This document shows, piece by piece, positions 11,108 through 26,100 of a DNA stretch of 64,000 nt. The DNA is taken from positions 124,001-188,000 of the forward strand of contig JAQGDQ010000149.1 in NCBI GenBank assembly GCA_030141605.1, given 5' to 3'. The notes below the pieces were generated by a model. It was not told the DNA's origin, did not search any database, and saw only the letters and a list, made by a program, of their open reading frames with translations. This stretch comes from Tubiluchus corallicola. Lineage: Eukaryota > Animalia > Priapulida. Numbering within the stretch: the first letter of the stretch is position 1; each line of letters begins with the position of its first letter. The position numbers and the translations under genes were made by a program.

Positions 11108-14100
11108 ATGGAAGAAACCAGCAAACGTAAGTACTTGGTTATTAACTATTTGACTTTTCGTGAGTATTTCGCAAGCAAGTACGTAATCCTCTAGGCACGC
11201 TGCAATGCGGCACCTTTTACCACTGTTGTGCTTAGTTTTACTGCCGGCAAATGTACGTTGTCTGAAACTCAAAAAAAAAACTGTTACTGGCGTCAGTTTG
11301 GTGCTGTAATTTGTTATTATGCTGTACTACATGCACTATAATCTTAAATTTTGGTCTTTAAACTTTACAAACCTGACTATCTAGAATCGTCCACTATTTC
11401 TACACCACGCAAAGCCTTTGACTTTGTTCACTTTCTAGCTTTGATGAAGGCCATCTTCACTTCCTCTGTTTTTGTCAAGAGCTCTATAATATTGTTTATT
11501 ATGGTGGTCTTCAAAGGAAAGTTACATGGTACATAATAGAATAAGGTGTTTACATTTTTTTTGAATAATATAATTATAAAGTTTTATTTTGTATATATAT
11601 CTGTGTATCTGATTGGTATTAGTTACTGTGAATCACAGTATTAGCAGTAACTTTTTTAAAAAAAATAGCAAAAGTACATTACTTAACATCAATAAATGTG
11701 TTTATTACTATATTAGTTAAAAGTGAAAGCATGAAACCATTTCATAATAATTAAATGCCCTTCATGCAAATACATTTAATTCAAGTAAACAAACACAAAA
11801 CATCAGAAAGAAATAACATAAAGCTTCCTGGTGGAGGCAAAGGAGCAACTTAGGGAAAACTGAAATTATGTTTCTATTGAATGTATGGCATAAATAGATG
11901 TAAGCAATTACAATAATTATGCTATTCATCTTGTATACTCAATACTTGTGCATAGGCTTGCCTTCTATGGTGCTGTAAGCCCTGTATCTTCTTGGAGTAA
12001 TATGCACTTATTTACTTACTTAGTCCTAGTTCTGTTATGGAACTGTATGAACGTTCTAATTGTTTTCTTGTTATTGGCCTGTTCTTACATGGTTTAGTAA
12101 TATCAATTCATATTTTGTAAATATTTGCTAAAAACACTGATTCTAATACATTAATAATTCTGTTGTGCTTGTGCTTCTATAACTTCACTTCTAAGATCAG
12201 AATTAATGTATCATTATTTAAAATCTATCCATCTAACATAGATCTATTAAGGTCTATAAGATCATTTAGAATTTTCTATGATAGCATCGTAGAAAGCTTT
12301 GGCTTTATAATAGGCTGGACTAGTTTCACGTCACATCAAGTTATACCAGGTTATGTAGTTACACCTGAGCTGTCTGTTAATACTGTTATGCTGTTATAGG
12401 CTACTGTCGTGATTAGGGGTTAAGCGAGCAAACTCATAGAAACCCCATATTTTTCCACAAAGTAAATGTAATTGTCAACGAAGGATTTAAACTTTACTAA
12501 GGTTGATGGGATTATCATCATGGCAGGTAGTTTATTCCATTCGTTCATTACTCTCCCAGTAAATGAATATTTATTAATGTCGAGATGTGACCGCTCTTTA
12601 AAAAGTTTTATACAATTATAGGTTATTATAATTTAATGATACGTTACGTATGTTCTCCATCTTAGAGGCTAATGTATGAGGCCGCAATAAAAACAAATTT
12701 CTTAAGATTTTATGTGATCCTGCTATGTTTTTCTTTTTTCATATTAGTATTGCTTGTTTAGCACTGTTATTCTTAATTTTTTTGCCAAAATCTTGCAGTA
12801 AGATTCTTTCATAAAAAGACATTGTTGCCTACATGCCAAGGACGCGTTTCCGAAAACGCTTAACGCTTCTCTGTCTGTTATTGAATTTTTGCTGGGTGAC
12901 TATGACTAATAAGAGTCGAGGCAGCAGCGTTGTAGATGCGTAAAGACGTGTGAATCATGGTACAGTCATTGCACACAGAATACCTTGAATGCGCAACGCT
13001 TTTAATGAAAATCTTTAAAAACAGAGCAGTTGTCAACTGCTGGTAGCCCACATGCAGGCGTATGCAGTACAGAAGTATGCTGTTACTAGTAAAATTTAAC
13101 CAAGGTTGTAGATGTTTATTACGAATTTCATTTGCGTAGGTTAGTATATATACTATATACAGGCCTTTATGAAGAGCTAAAATAGAACGTAAGAGTTTAC
13201 TAACGCAGCCTGATTGCTACTGCTCAAACCTACCAGCGACGAAGATCCACGAAGAAGCAAGTCATTTGCTGTGTACTGTGCAGAACCTTTTGTTTTACAG
13301 AAGGCATGGTTGCAAAGAGCCGTAAATTAGCGCTGTTATCTAGCTTCTGTAGTTGTGTAATCTCCTTTGGTAAAACTAGTTGTGGCCGCTAGCACTGGCG
13401 AAATACCTTTTCGTCCATTTATAATAGGTGCTGCCGTGTTGGTTAAGTCAGAGAATAGTTCACTTATTCATTTAACAGAGCTCTTGTGTTTATAATGAGT
13501 CCTCTTTTATTGTGTTGCCTGCAGCTGCCAAGATAGCCAATGTTACAGTTAAATTTCTCTCAAATACCTTGCATTGCAACTGATTTCTCAGAACTGGTGA
13601 ATTAATGGCAAAATCTTGACTCTCACGAAGTTATTTTACGTTAACATTTCCCTTATTAACTCATTAGGCTTGCAAGGATCATGATACCCACAAGGTGGGT
13701 AGCCCTGGGCGGGGGAAGGACAGCAATATTTTGACCTCTTCATCAGTCAACTTTTCGATTAGGTCACAACTCTTCTTAGGCAATCTGTTCTTGTTTTCAA
13801 TTTTTGTCACTTGTATTTAGGTACTGTGGGAAGATGTGCTCCCTTAAGGGCCCGGGATAGGAAACAAAATATGACAATTGGCTAAACAGTGTTAGGTGGC
13901 ATTTCCTCCTAGGGCTTTTCAGTTTTTTCAAATATTTTTTCACAAGTATTTAGGCATCATGGGTAGATGTGCACATGAGGTCTTAAAAAGCTGGGATAAG
14001 AGCTAAAGACAGAAGACGGGGTCATATCAATACTTCACAAGTATAAGAGCTAGAATCATGAAACTTGCAAGGCGGACACATGAGGTAGGTGCTCAAAGAA

Positions 14101-17100
14101 TGATATAGGAAACGTGAATTCTAGATCAACGGTCATAACGAGAGGAACCAAAATGTGAAAAATAGGACTAAGAACTTTTTCACTCAATTTCTCTTACAGT
14201 ATTGGAGTAAGAGTCTATGTCTTTGCATGTATGGGTACTGGGCAGCCAAGTAAGGGTAAATGCGCTTTATGTATATATCTGTGTATAGAGGGGTTTTGAC
14301 CTTGATAATTTTTAGTTCTTCACCACCCTTTCACCAATTAGTTTAACATTAGTATACTAACAATACCACCACAATAATCCTGTTACATTGTATCACATTA
14401 TTGTTTTATGCACTGTGTTTTTTCTGTAAAAAGGTGATAAATGAAGATACTTGCTTACTTGCTAAATAAAACGGAATCAACTAGTTGACAATGTTTCTGA
14501 CGTGGTCAGAAACTGAAGATTTTGCAAACTATAGTTACAAACATTAGGCCATGAAAAGACGTCTGCCTGTTTTCTGGAAGTCATAATTTTGGGTATGGCT
14601 TTCAATATTATTGAATTTGTGTTACTTGGTTAGACTTTCACAATAAAATAGCAACTTATAACTTTTTTGACAGGTGATCGGGCACCCATAGATCGAAGGT
14701 CAATCAATCTCCTGCTAACTTATACCATTCAATTCATCTCATTTAACCCTTTCATTTGATATGCTGCAAATTAGTTTCGGTAGACACTGCCCTCGACCCT
14801 TATTTTCTCGTAGTGGGGTCAGCGATCAACCAATCTTGGTGTAACTCATATCATTCAATATGTCTCATTGAGACCCTTCGTTTGAAATACAATAAGCCAC
14901 TATTCTTCAAGATTAAACAAAAATCCGTCCCGACCCATCAGTTTTTAGTTTTTGGCCCATAACGGCAAAACGTTTCATCCAAATAACCCGTTGTGACTGT
15001 AACTTAAAAAATGTAGAAGAAGATAGAGCCTAATTGAAAACTGATGTATATCTACTGTCATTCAGTATTCCATTGACTGAGCCCGTACCCCAGGTACCCG
15101 TCCTGCAAGTTTCGTGACTCCAGCTTGTTTACTTTTCCAGTTATTGACAAAACTTTGTTTTAACACTTTTGCTCAGAGTGACCTAACTAATTTATTGTCT
15201 GTATTGTCTCTTGCTGTCTTTTATCATTTATTGTAAGAGATTTGACTTAAAAAAACGTTATTTTTTCAAGTTATTTTTTCTAGAACGCTGTACGGTCGCT
15301 ACATTTGATAAAAGATCTTTCATGCAATCACACTTTACTGCTTTCATTTATTAGTTTATCAGTTGAATTGTAAAACGATTGCCAAACAAATAGTATTGAG
15401 TTTATAAATCACCATTCGCACTTGTTTGCAACTGCTTGTCAGGCAGCTTCTATGCAGCACATATTTGTTTATGAATTCATAGCTGGATAAATTTTATAGA
15501 TGTTCTGTCTCCACAGTAATTAATGATGAATACAAATTTGCAGATCTGTTTAGTTTATTATCAGTGAATAGGGTGCTTTAAAGTTATAATCTCTCACTGC
15601 TTGACTTGCTTTACAACTATTTTCATAATAATAAAATAATAATTAGGTAAATCTTGTGTGTAAATCTTGCTAACTTTTTTTCACATAATTTGTAAAATAG
15701 TTCAAAGACCTCTGTACTGGTCTTTACTTAAGCTTGTTGCTAATAAGAAGTGTTAATAAGTGTTAGTAAACTGGCAATCACTCATGCGAGTACGCTACCG
15801 ATTATGTTAGTTAATCAGTCTATATCTATTAGTTAGGTAGGCTGTCACAATTAAAACAGTCATTTGGTTAGTTTGTTAGCGTTTCGTCTGCCTGTCAGTC
15901 ATTGAGTTAATTGGTGAGATGGTTAGGCGAGTAAGACGACCTGCCGCAAAGTCCACATGGGTTTCGAGCCTAAAAATAAATTATTATGCCAACATTTAAT
16001 GTGTTGCTTTCTCGTCCTGTTGTCCGGAAATAGCTTTTATTGTAGACGTTTCAGATCGCTCTTCCTAAATAACTTATTCATGTATTCATCATTATGTGCT
16101 TAATTACCCAATAACGAACAGCTTTTTCTTGTACATTGCAGCAGATAGAGAAAGCGTGACCTTTAACTTTTAACATCTAATGCACAGCAATCCTAACGTG
16201 TGGTCTGCCTAACTTGGTAATGTTTCTATTTCCCATGGATCTAATAAGTGACATTTACTTTGCTTTAGTTGTGACATACAGGATAATGTCAACTTATTAC
16301 AACCACTAGCAATCTAGCTAGAAAGCATAATTTCATGAAAATGACAAGATAATCTAGTGGACATTTTTGACTGTGTCAAAAACTGTGGTAAGATTCGGCT
16401 TCTGTGATAGGAGATGCTTTTTGTGACAGCTTTTGTTTTTCAAATAAAAATGTTTTTCAAAACAGTTAGCATCATGTACGTAAGTGCTGTTATGCTTGAC
16501 ATTAAAACCTTCAGTGAAGTCAAAATTTGTCACTTATTCACTAGTGGCCCGTAACTCAATACTCGTTGAATCCGCCAATTTTGATTACTTAGAAATTGCA
16601 TTTCGTTTTAGTCAAAATGGAATGTATAATTTTTGACAGGTAACCAATTACCAATCTAATTATTAACTGAGACCCCTGTTGTTTTCTATGCAACCAAGCA
16701 CACAATGTAACCTCACAAGTATTTTTTCGCCACTTATCAGTGAGCTTCACAAAATTACAAAATAATAATTAATTTTACTATCAATAGCACTTTAAATTTT
16801 AAGGAAGACGAAAATACAAATTAATATAATTTTGTAGAAACTAGCTAAACCGGACAGAAGCATTTTGTATAATGTCCAAACAGCGTGAAGCGAAAAAGGG
16901 TAAAAAAGGTGAGGCCACACGGTTTTTAAAAGGGAGTTTTTACCCTATAACTTTTAGATGGAAAGTCCAGCACTCAGACAGTTGCGCCACGTGTCTTCCG
17001 AACAATCACGGTCGGTTATCGGCTATAATAGTGAGATAGACTGTGACCTCATTTACCTTGTGCGAGAATCCAGTTTCACTGTGAAATTTCGGCTACTTAG

Positions 17101-20100
17101 CCTGGAATTAGTCGACCGATATTCGCGCTCATTTAGGTGTTTTCAGAAAAAACTTACATCGTTTTATAGCCCAGCTCCTTCTCTTTCTAAAGAGCTATAT
17201 AACTCCCCTAAGCATTCCCATAACAGGCTCGACGAACATTTTTCTCTACGATGTTTCGCGAATAGTTCAGCAATGAAATCGGACTTACTTATCTATAACC
17301 GGTGACTTGAAGTCCAGCGTTCACTATAGGCCCACCAGCGGGGAAATTAAGTCATTCGATTCGTCTCATCGAGACCCTTCATTTGATATATTACACGATA
17401 CTGTTACGCAACACTGGTAGCATTGGTGTCCTCGATCCCCTCGATTTTGGTTTTTGTCCCCTAGCGTAAAATTTTCCCGTACGCAAATGGCTCATTATCA
17501 GCTATGCTCAACACTCAACCCCACCTAGCCACGTACCAAAAATTGTGGCACTAGGTCAAAAACTGAAGGAGGAGATCCAACCTAGCGAAAAAGAAGCCTT
17601 GCCTACTCCTTGACCTGAGGGTGAGGGCAGTGGCGGCTCGTGTATAGGCACCGTGGAACTGCAGCACCCTCTTTCTTCACTTTGTATTATCGATAACATT
17701 CAATGTAATAAGTCTTTTTCCTTTAGTTTTTCTTTATACTTATACGGAACCAGAGCATGTGAGGGTAGTGCTGTTTGCTTTACAGCCCAACACAGTGTGC
17801 TCCAGCAATGCGGTGTTTGGCTGTTGTGTGCTGTGGCCATGCGCACATGTCTGAGCCCAGGTAGAGAACGTACTGTCGCTCACACAGTTTGTTGTCAGTT
17901 GTCACGTGCTTACCGTGATTGAACGAAGCTTAAACTGCGACATTTTAGGCTATTAGTAAGCAATAAAATTTTTGTTTAGGATTTTATCAAGTTTGCGTAT
18001 AAACTTTCATGTGTCTGTTTGTTTGTTTAAAATTACAATTACAAATTACAACATTAAAATTACATATGTTTGTTTCTTTTACACATATTAAAACAATGGC
18101 TAAAAATTTTCTCAAGCAGTACCCCCAGCTACGAGACACCACTGGGTGATTGGTTACACAGAAACATAAATGCCCCTACTTGGGGCACGTGCCCTGTGAG
18201 CTTTGTAAACCTAGCCCTGTGCATGTGCGAGTTGTTAAAAAAACGAAAAGACGCAAATAAATAAATAAAAAATAAAAATAGGAGGTAAATCAAGAAGATT
18301 CCGCTGTAATTAAATTAAAATCTTAATCATTCATTTATCAGGGTACAGACGTGTTGAGTGTGTACAACTGACTTACAATGTGTGTGGATTAGAAGAATTG
18401 GCTTTTCGATCTAAGAAAACCTTGGGTTTTAACCTTGGTACTTAAACACAGGTTCTGCTAATGATATCAGAAATGTTAACTATTTCTTTTCCTGTTTCTG
18501 TTAAAATATACTTCTGGAAAGCACAGTATTGGTTACAAGTGTTGCACTTTTCATTCACCGTAGATGGATTTTGTAAGTGAAATCAATAACATTTACAATT
18601 CTTCGCCAAGACTTTGCAAGCCTTATGGCATTGTTGTTATGGCAACAGTTAAGAAGACCTTTAGATTTGAGGAAGATCTCGGTTCTCGTCACCTTACACA
18701 AACGCTGTTGAAATAAGAATAAGTCTAAAACCAAGGCACGTTGCCAGTGAGAGTAAATGGCGGTAATGACGGTCTACTGTGAAAATCGCTTCTTGGGTTA
18801 TTCAATATGCTTTACAACCTTGGCCATCGTTCATTAAGGGTAGATGTGTATGTATACATTATACCGCGGGGGTAATGATAATCATCTTTATAATGTTATG
18901 TAAGTAAAAACTAAGTATAGTTTGTTGTACTGAAACAGCGATACAGGCTCCTTGACCTTACGTTCACTCTTGACGATAAAACCGGCTTTAAATTAAAATG
19001 ATTGATATCATTATGTGCGTGAAACATGGCGTCTACATCTTAGAGGATGGTTCTTGATACCTCATAAAGGTTCCAATCCCGCCATACCAACCAACATAAT
19101 AAATAGGCTTTGCCTTTGTTTGCTGAATATTAGCTTGCAGTATGTCGAACTGTATGTTTACATACATACATACATGTATATGAAAGTATAGTGTTCTTAG
19201 CTATTCTAAGTTTTTCATAATGACAACCTGAATGATAGTTGCCATTTCTTTGAGCAGTGTTATTTCAGTTAAGTTGCCATTTCGTTGAACATTGTCAATG
19301 GAAACCGACTTGGTTGCAAAATCGCTTTTCTGTAAAACCATGTAGAATTTCAACTTTCTATCTCTAGTCCTTACGACAGGCAGACAACGATATTGATTTC
19401 TGTAGCTTTTACTGCAAGTTAATCTTTATGTTGGATTTCAAAGGGCATTAAATGTTTTCTATCATATTAAATATACTGTCAAGATAATTAAAATTCATCA
19501 GCTTCATCGAAACTTCTGGCTGTCTGTTTGTTTAATCAAAGTAGAATATTAAGTTTATGATAGTTCTAAATTCTATTTATCGTCAAGAAAGCTGATGTCT
19601 AACAATATCTACTGCTGCAGGTATAATAGAAATCATTCCAACAATTTTAATCTTTGCCTTAACTAAAGTACATAGACTTGATAATATAATTAATATCACG
19701 AAACACATATAGCTTTGACATAATATTAATTCCCGCGAGCGTGGCAGTTGGTTCACATGACTGCGAAAAATAATCTTAAGCTGTGCCATTGCTTGCACAA
19801 ATAGCTTATTCCAAATCTTAATAAGCTTGTGCTTGTGTCAGTCTCTAGCACTTAAACCGGATATTATTTCCTATATAAATCTCTACGGTATGTATACATG
19901 CTGATAATGTCAATAAACAGAAGTAGATTAGTACTGTTGGTCTGTTGCTACTTGCTATTTATATAGATACAGATATTGCTTGCGCAGTTGGGAAAATAAA
20001 GATCACTTGACATGTTTCCAAGGTGTGTATTTTTCAGTAGTATGTGAAATGTAGGTAAAATTGAAAAAAGACCAGTTTCATTAGGCTAGCAATCAAGAAT

Positions 20101-23100
20101 TCTCGTTTCAAGGCCACAATTGTGACACCTAAATGGTGTGCTTTCACTTGATGCCTAAGATTACCAGTAGAGATTAATATAGAAAGTGCAAGCCTATGGA
20201 GAAATCAAGGGAAAAAAACTTGTTCTGTCATTGCCAAATCCAATTCTAATACCTGGAAACTTTTTATCAGCTTTTTCACGTTAGAACAATTGCACTTTAC
20301 CACTGAAGAATGGGCAAGAAACTTAGTCGCTTTTTTTGGTATTGTTTAAATTGCCAAAATTGAAAATGATGATCAATGTTTTTAATGCCAACTAAGTAAA
20401 TGACTACTATAGAATATTTTTTCTTTTGAGTCAATCAGGAGTAATTTGTGTTCAAGCGAAGGTCATAATGTGGAAATGAAATAGTAAACTGAGACTAAAA
20501 AATGACAGACAGTTGTACCTTAATCATTGGTAAGACGTTGTTCTCAAAAATTTTTTTGCTGTTGTTGAAAACTGGCTAAATAAATTTTTTATAAGCGTGA
20601 TCTGAAGCGTATAACGCAACAACGTGTACTATGAAGTCAGTCTGAAATTACGATATCGAACCAGACGTCTGGCTCCACACATTCAGCTTTAGTTGCTTTA
20701 CGCGACATGCAAGGCGTGTGGATTTTAATGGTTTACATTTGACATATGAACTCCACTATTTTGTAGGATAATTATATTGATAATATCAAATTTTCTACTT
20801 TACAGTAATTCACTGATTTTAGTGTAATGTAATTCTTTTAATGACATATTATTAGAATTTGGCTGAAGAGGGCCAGACATACAGTTTTGGAGCACTTTTT
20901 AAGATATGTCATAAAAACAAATTACTTCAAAAAAGGTTTGCTAGGCGTGTGGCGCATGTATGTCTGACTGTCTGGCACTGTATCGTAAAGCTGAAAATTA
21001 TGTAAGATAGCATAGCTGTTTCGCTAGGTTTTTGTAATTCAACATTCTTTTATTGATTTTTTTACGTACCTTAAACTACTTGTGTTTCGTTTCTTTTTTA
21101 TTATGTTCCTTCGTTGTTTATTGTGTATTGGCTATGATGTACTGCATTTTATTACTCAGTATATTTAGAGGCACAGAAGAAAACAAATCTGCTATGCATG
21201 AGATACCATCTCTGATTTTTTTATAATTACTGTCTCATGTGTTTAAATGAGTGTTGATGGTTTTGATTTAATATCAATATTTCTACAATTGAAAGTCAAG
21301 TTTTTATTGAACGAATCATCTTTTTGCGTGAAATTTAGTGCTAATAGAATTGAATTGGTACTTGAATCTCGTTTTCTGATCAGTATTTTCTCAGCTCAGT
21401 TACAGTATTTGCCTTTAGAATTTATTTTTTATAGTTGTGCTTGTAACTGGAGCAAGTGGCTTCATTGCATCTCATGTAGTAAAGCAGCTTCAGGAGGAAG
21501 GGTATCAAGTGCGAGGCACAGTGCGAGACCTGAATAATGAAGAAAGGGTAAGCAAACTTTAGCCCCTCCTCCTTTTTGGAATGTAAAACAAGAACGCAAG
21601 AGTATGGCCTGATCTTTAACAGTAATTTTTATTTACTGTCTGTCGTATAATAGATACGCAAGGATGTTTAATTGTTTATACCATAAATATAAAATATTTT
21701 TCCATCACCTTTGTTCTCCACTCTTATCAACTTGACAGCTTCTGACTAATCATTTTTCGTAACTCAAAATCTGTAAAAACAGTGATAAAAGTTACTACGA
21801 GGGAGTCTAAAATTTGTTGAGACAAAAATAATTAAGTATAAGAATAATATGAAAATAAGTCTTAACAATCAGCACCTTTCTTACAGATAACATGTGCAAA
21901 TAACGTTGGACACTTTTTTCCAAAAAGCACAAAATTCTAACAGCAAAAGATTGTTGCACTGTAACGCATTTCCGGTTGTTATTACATATTTTGAGAATTA
22001 GTCAACATATGGCCGATGCTAATTTTGATGATTAAAAAATGCAAAAAATGTTGCTGTTGTTTCATAATTGCTGCACTAGTACTACTTCACTTCACGTGTT
22101 TCAGATTTTTATTTCATTGGTGTCATTTATAAGTAAAATGTTTCAGGTAAAGAATTTGAAAGAGTTGTGCCCAGATGCTAAATATAATCTAGAATTGGTA
22201 GAAGCGGATCTACTAAATGCAGACGTGTGGGAACAGTATGTACATTGTTATTTTCTGTCTTAAAATTTGAAACTGTGTTGAAATAACTTGCTTTGATACG
22301 TAATAGTAACATATTAATGAAGATATTTTTAAGCATGTTTATCTTTAACCCATTTTTGATACTGTTCCCAATTCTGGGAACATTACTTTTAATTGCAATA
22401 ACTTTTTATTATATCAATATTTATTTATACAGCCTTATACGTGTAACGAAATACAGCAAATTACTTGTCTAGTATATAGCGATACGTTTCCACTGCAAAA
22501 GTTGTTAAATTATGTTAAAGGATGTTAATGAATGCCATAGGTTACGATTTCATTGAAACGAAATACAATTCTTAGGTAAGCAAAAGCATGGCGAATTCCT
22601 TGAAAACAATATTGAGACCTTCCGACCCCGTGGGGTAGCGGGTCCCAAAGTGACAAGTATCATTTGCATCGAAACGAAATGTATTTTTTCTAGGCAGTCA
22701 AGCATGGCATATACAGCAATAGAGAAATGATGATCTTGAGACAGAGATCAAGTCGGCACAGATTTTATAAAGTCAGCATTTGCAGTTTTGGTCATATTGC
22801 AGAATCTCAAGTTTATGACTTTATCATAAACAGCAGTTTAGTTAGTATAATTAGTTTCCCAACAGGCATCTAACGATGAGGAATAACCTTCTAAATGCAA
22901 CGGAGTAATAAATGCAGAGCAAAATGCTCACATATGGCTATCATAAAAAACTAAACTAAATACAAAAGACATTGTATAGGCTTACCATTCGTTTCAAATT
23001 ATTGTTAAGATCAGTAAAACATCATCCATTGCTACTCAACGAAGGCTGTAAGAATTGAGTACTCGAATGATTACAGTGGAGTTCACACTCAAGTGGTCTT

Positions 23101-26100
23101 GTGCATAGGTTAGTCGTAAAGGGCTTTTGACCTCCTACATTCGATAATTGCTCTGTATGGTTTCATTTATCGTACTGAGTCTGGCTGTTTACCTTGCAAC
23201 GAGAGAATGTATTCGCATCCGAACGTGGCTAAGACACCTCTGCTATTTTATCTTAGAAAGATATCCTTGATATTGAACCTGCTCCAGTCATTCCATAAAC
23301 GTCAGCATTGTGTAGGCTTCCCACAATTGTGCCTTGGATTTTGGCTTGTGGCGGATCACTACAACATCTTTATGACCCGGGCGACTGATAGGACCGTGGA
23401 AATGATAATGTTGGTGTTCGAGAAAAGAAGTGGTACTCTCGTGTGTTAGATGTTAGTTGCCACAAGGCAATTCTTGGCAAAGAATTGGCAAAAATGGACT
23501 ACTTGTCTTTTTGGTGACATGTCATTGCCACATATCTGATGAAAGAAGTTCCAGAAAATGCCAGAAATGTATTATAACTTGCACATTAATTGTGTCACGG
23601 TTTTGCATTCATATGTTTATTTGATACCCTAGAAGAATAAAGTAAATGAAATACCAACTAAAAAAAGTTTTAATGTGAAACCTCTAGTTTCTTTGCACTG
23701 TAAGAAGTAAAGTCATATACATACCAAGCCACCATATATATACCAATTTGCGTTTACTTAACCATTTGAAACGAGTGGAAAAACAATTCGTTTGTGACCT
23801 GACGTTCGTAAAGAAATAGGCGGGTATCACAGAGATTTCGCTGTCCTATCCAAAAAACTCGTTAATACCATTAGCAAGTATGAAATTGAAAAGACAGTGC
23901 ACTACCGTCAAACCATGCACCTATCATTGTATCCATTGTGCCAGATAACTTGTGTATGACTCAATTAGCAGACAAAGCTTTGCAGTTAGGCACTTATAGC
24001 AACTTCAGTGCATCTAGCCAGGCATTGATTAAACCAATAAAGTCCTGCAACATAAAGTTTGGAAAGTTCAGTGAGCTAATACATAATGTGCCAGTGCCCG
24101 CTGATTCCTTCATTATGAATGTTGTAAGATGTCTGATTTTCTGGAAGAAACACTCTATGACTGTGTGACTCTGCTAGACAAGCGGTTGAAAAGAAACCTT
24201 GTATACCGTCAACCACTGGAGACAGATGGAAAAATCCGTAGTCGGGCCGAAAGTCAACCACCTGTCTCTGACTTTAAACTGTATTTTGAACAGCTTCTTA
24301 ACAACAGTAAAGCAGACAATAACCTAGAGCCACTGGTAGATGATCACAATATGTACATGCCTGTGTTGGATAATCCCTTTAATCATTATGAACTAGTGAA
24401 TGTTATCGATAAGCAGAATGCGAGCAAAGTGGCTGGTCCTGATGCAATACAGACGTACTGGTTTAAATACTTACCCCCTGATTGGATTTCAGTCTTCTTG
24501 CATATTTTGAATAGTGTTCTTACAAGGTCCATTCCCAGAAATATGACGACCTTCTATAAACTCTCATATTATATAAGAAGGGCAATGCTGCAGATTGCAA
24601 AAACTTCAGAGGAATTATAATAGTCCATTCAATGTGTAAACTATACGATAGCCTTATAAGCGAAAGATTAAAACTGTGGATCACACCTGATGCAGAACAA
24701 GCCGGAACTCAATGTGGGAGAGGCTGTTCTGAACAGATACTAGCATTAAGACTTCCTATAGATGCTGCTGCCGTATCCAAGAAAAAAATTTTCATCTTAT
24801 TCGTTAACTTTGAAAAAGCCTATGACAAGGTAGACCGAGCGATAATGATTAGACTGTTAAAGAAGGATGGGTATGGAACGACCATGCTAAAAGCCATTGC
24901 TAGAATGTACAATACCACCAGTAATATTATTGGAAATTAATCCTTCTGTTATAGATGTGGCACAAAGCAGGGGTCCTCCAGCTCCTATCTTCTGTTTTTC
25001 GTCTACATAAATCCGCTCATTCGAGCTGTGAAAGCAACTGGCAATGCTGACTAGTTAAGAAGCTTTCATGGATTCCTATATATGGATGATACGGCTATAT
25101 TGGCTTCAGACCCAGCAGAAATGCATGAAAAAGATGGATGCGCTAATTGATTTCTGTTGTGATTATGGAATGTCGATAAATTCACTAAAAATCAAGTTTA
25201 TAGTAGTAAATGGTAATGAAAGAAATGGTCATACATCACACGCCACTACACTTATTTGATACTATATATGCAGACCAAAAAAGGTCCTTTTCATCAAGCA
25301 CATGGAAGATATACAGCCTCATTTCTTCAAATATCATGCGTTTATTAGGAAGAACTATGGCTTTCCTTACTGGGTCAAGAAAAAGCTCTAGATTATGCAC
25401 TTCTGGAAGGTGCCTTCTATAGCACGAAATTCAGATGCAGATCTTACAATTCCACGCACCATATATCTTAAATTGATCAAATCGCTACTGTCAGCGCGCA
25501 CCAGTACTTGTAACGATTTAGTTCTGATCGAATCTGGGTACCCTTGTTTTAAGACGTGGTAAAAGCTTGTCAAATAAAACTGTGGTGAATGCTGAAAAAC
25601 ACTCGCCTGTGATGAACGCGTTAAACATAGCATCTTCATGTAATGAAAAACTGGCCAGGTATTTAAGCCATTTATTGAACGGCGATATCCAAGAGTTCAT
25701 TACCACAAAAATCGAAAGTTATTGAGATCTGTAGCGGAGAGCAACTCATCGAAGCATGTTAACTTATAAAATTTTTAATCCCTCCTTGGATTCCCCTGCA
25801 ATTCCCATAAGCATTTTCGAGCTGCAGCGTATTGCATTTACCCGCTCGAGACTACAGGGGTATAAATTAAAGATTAAAACTTGTAGATGGTAGCGTCAAC
25901 CTCGTGGACGGAGACTGTGCCCTTGTGGTTCTGTGCAGACATATTGTAACAGTGTCCTCTCACTGAACAAAGTAGAAACAGTTTTGTTAATGTAGATTTC
26001 ACGTCACTCCATTCTGTAATTTCAAGCAAAGAAGCTTTTGAAATCTGTTATAAATTATTAGAGTCATTTGATACATTATAACGTTCTTTCCAAACTAACT

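Noticed and set aside
22141-22152. AG|GT recursive splice sites at the starts of SDR exons 3 and 7
   Set aside because: The GT is explained by Val/Gly codons of required coding exons; there is no evidence of recursive use.
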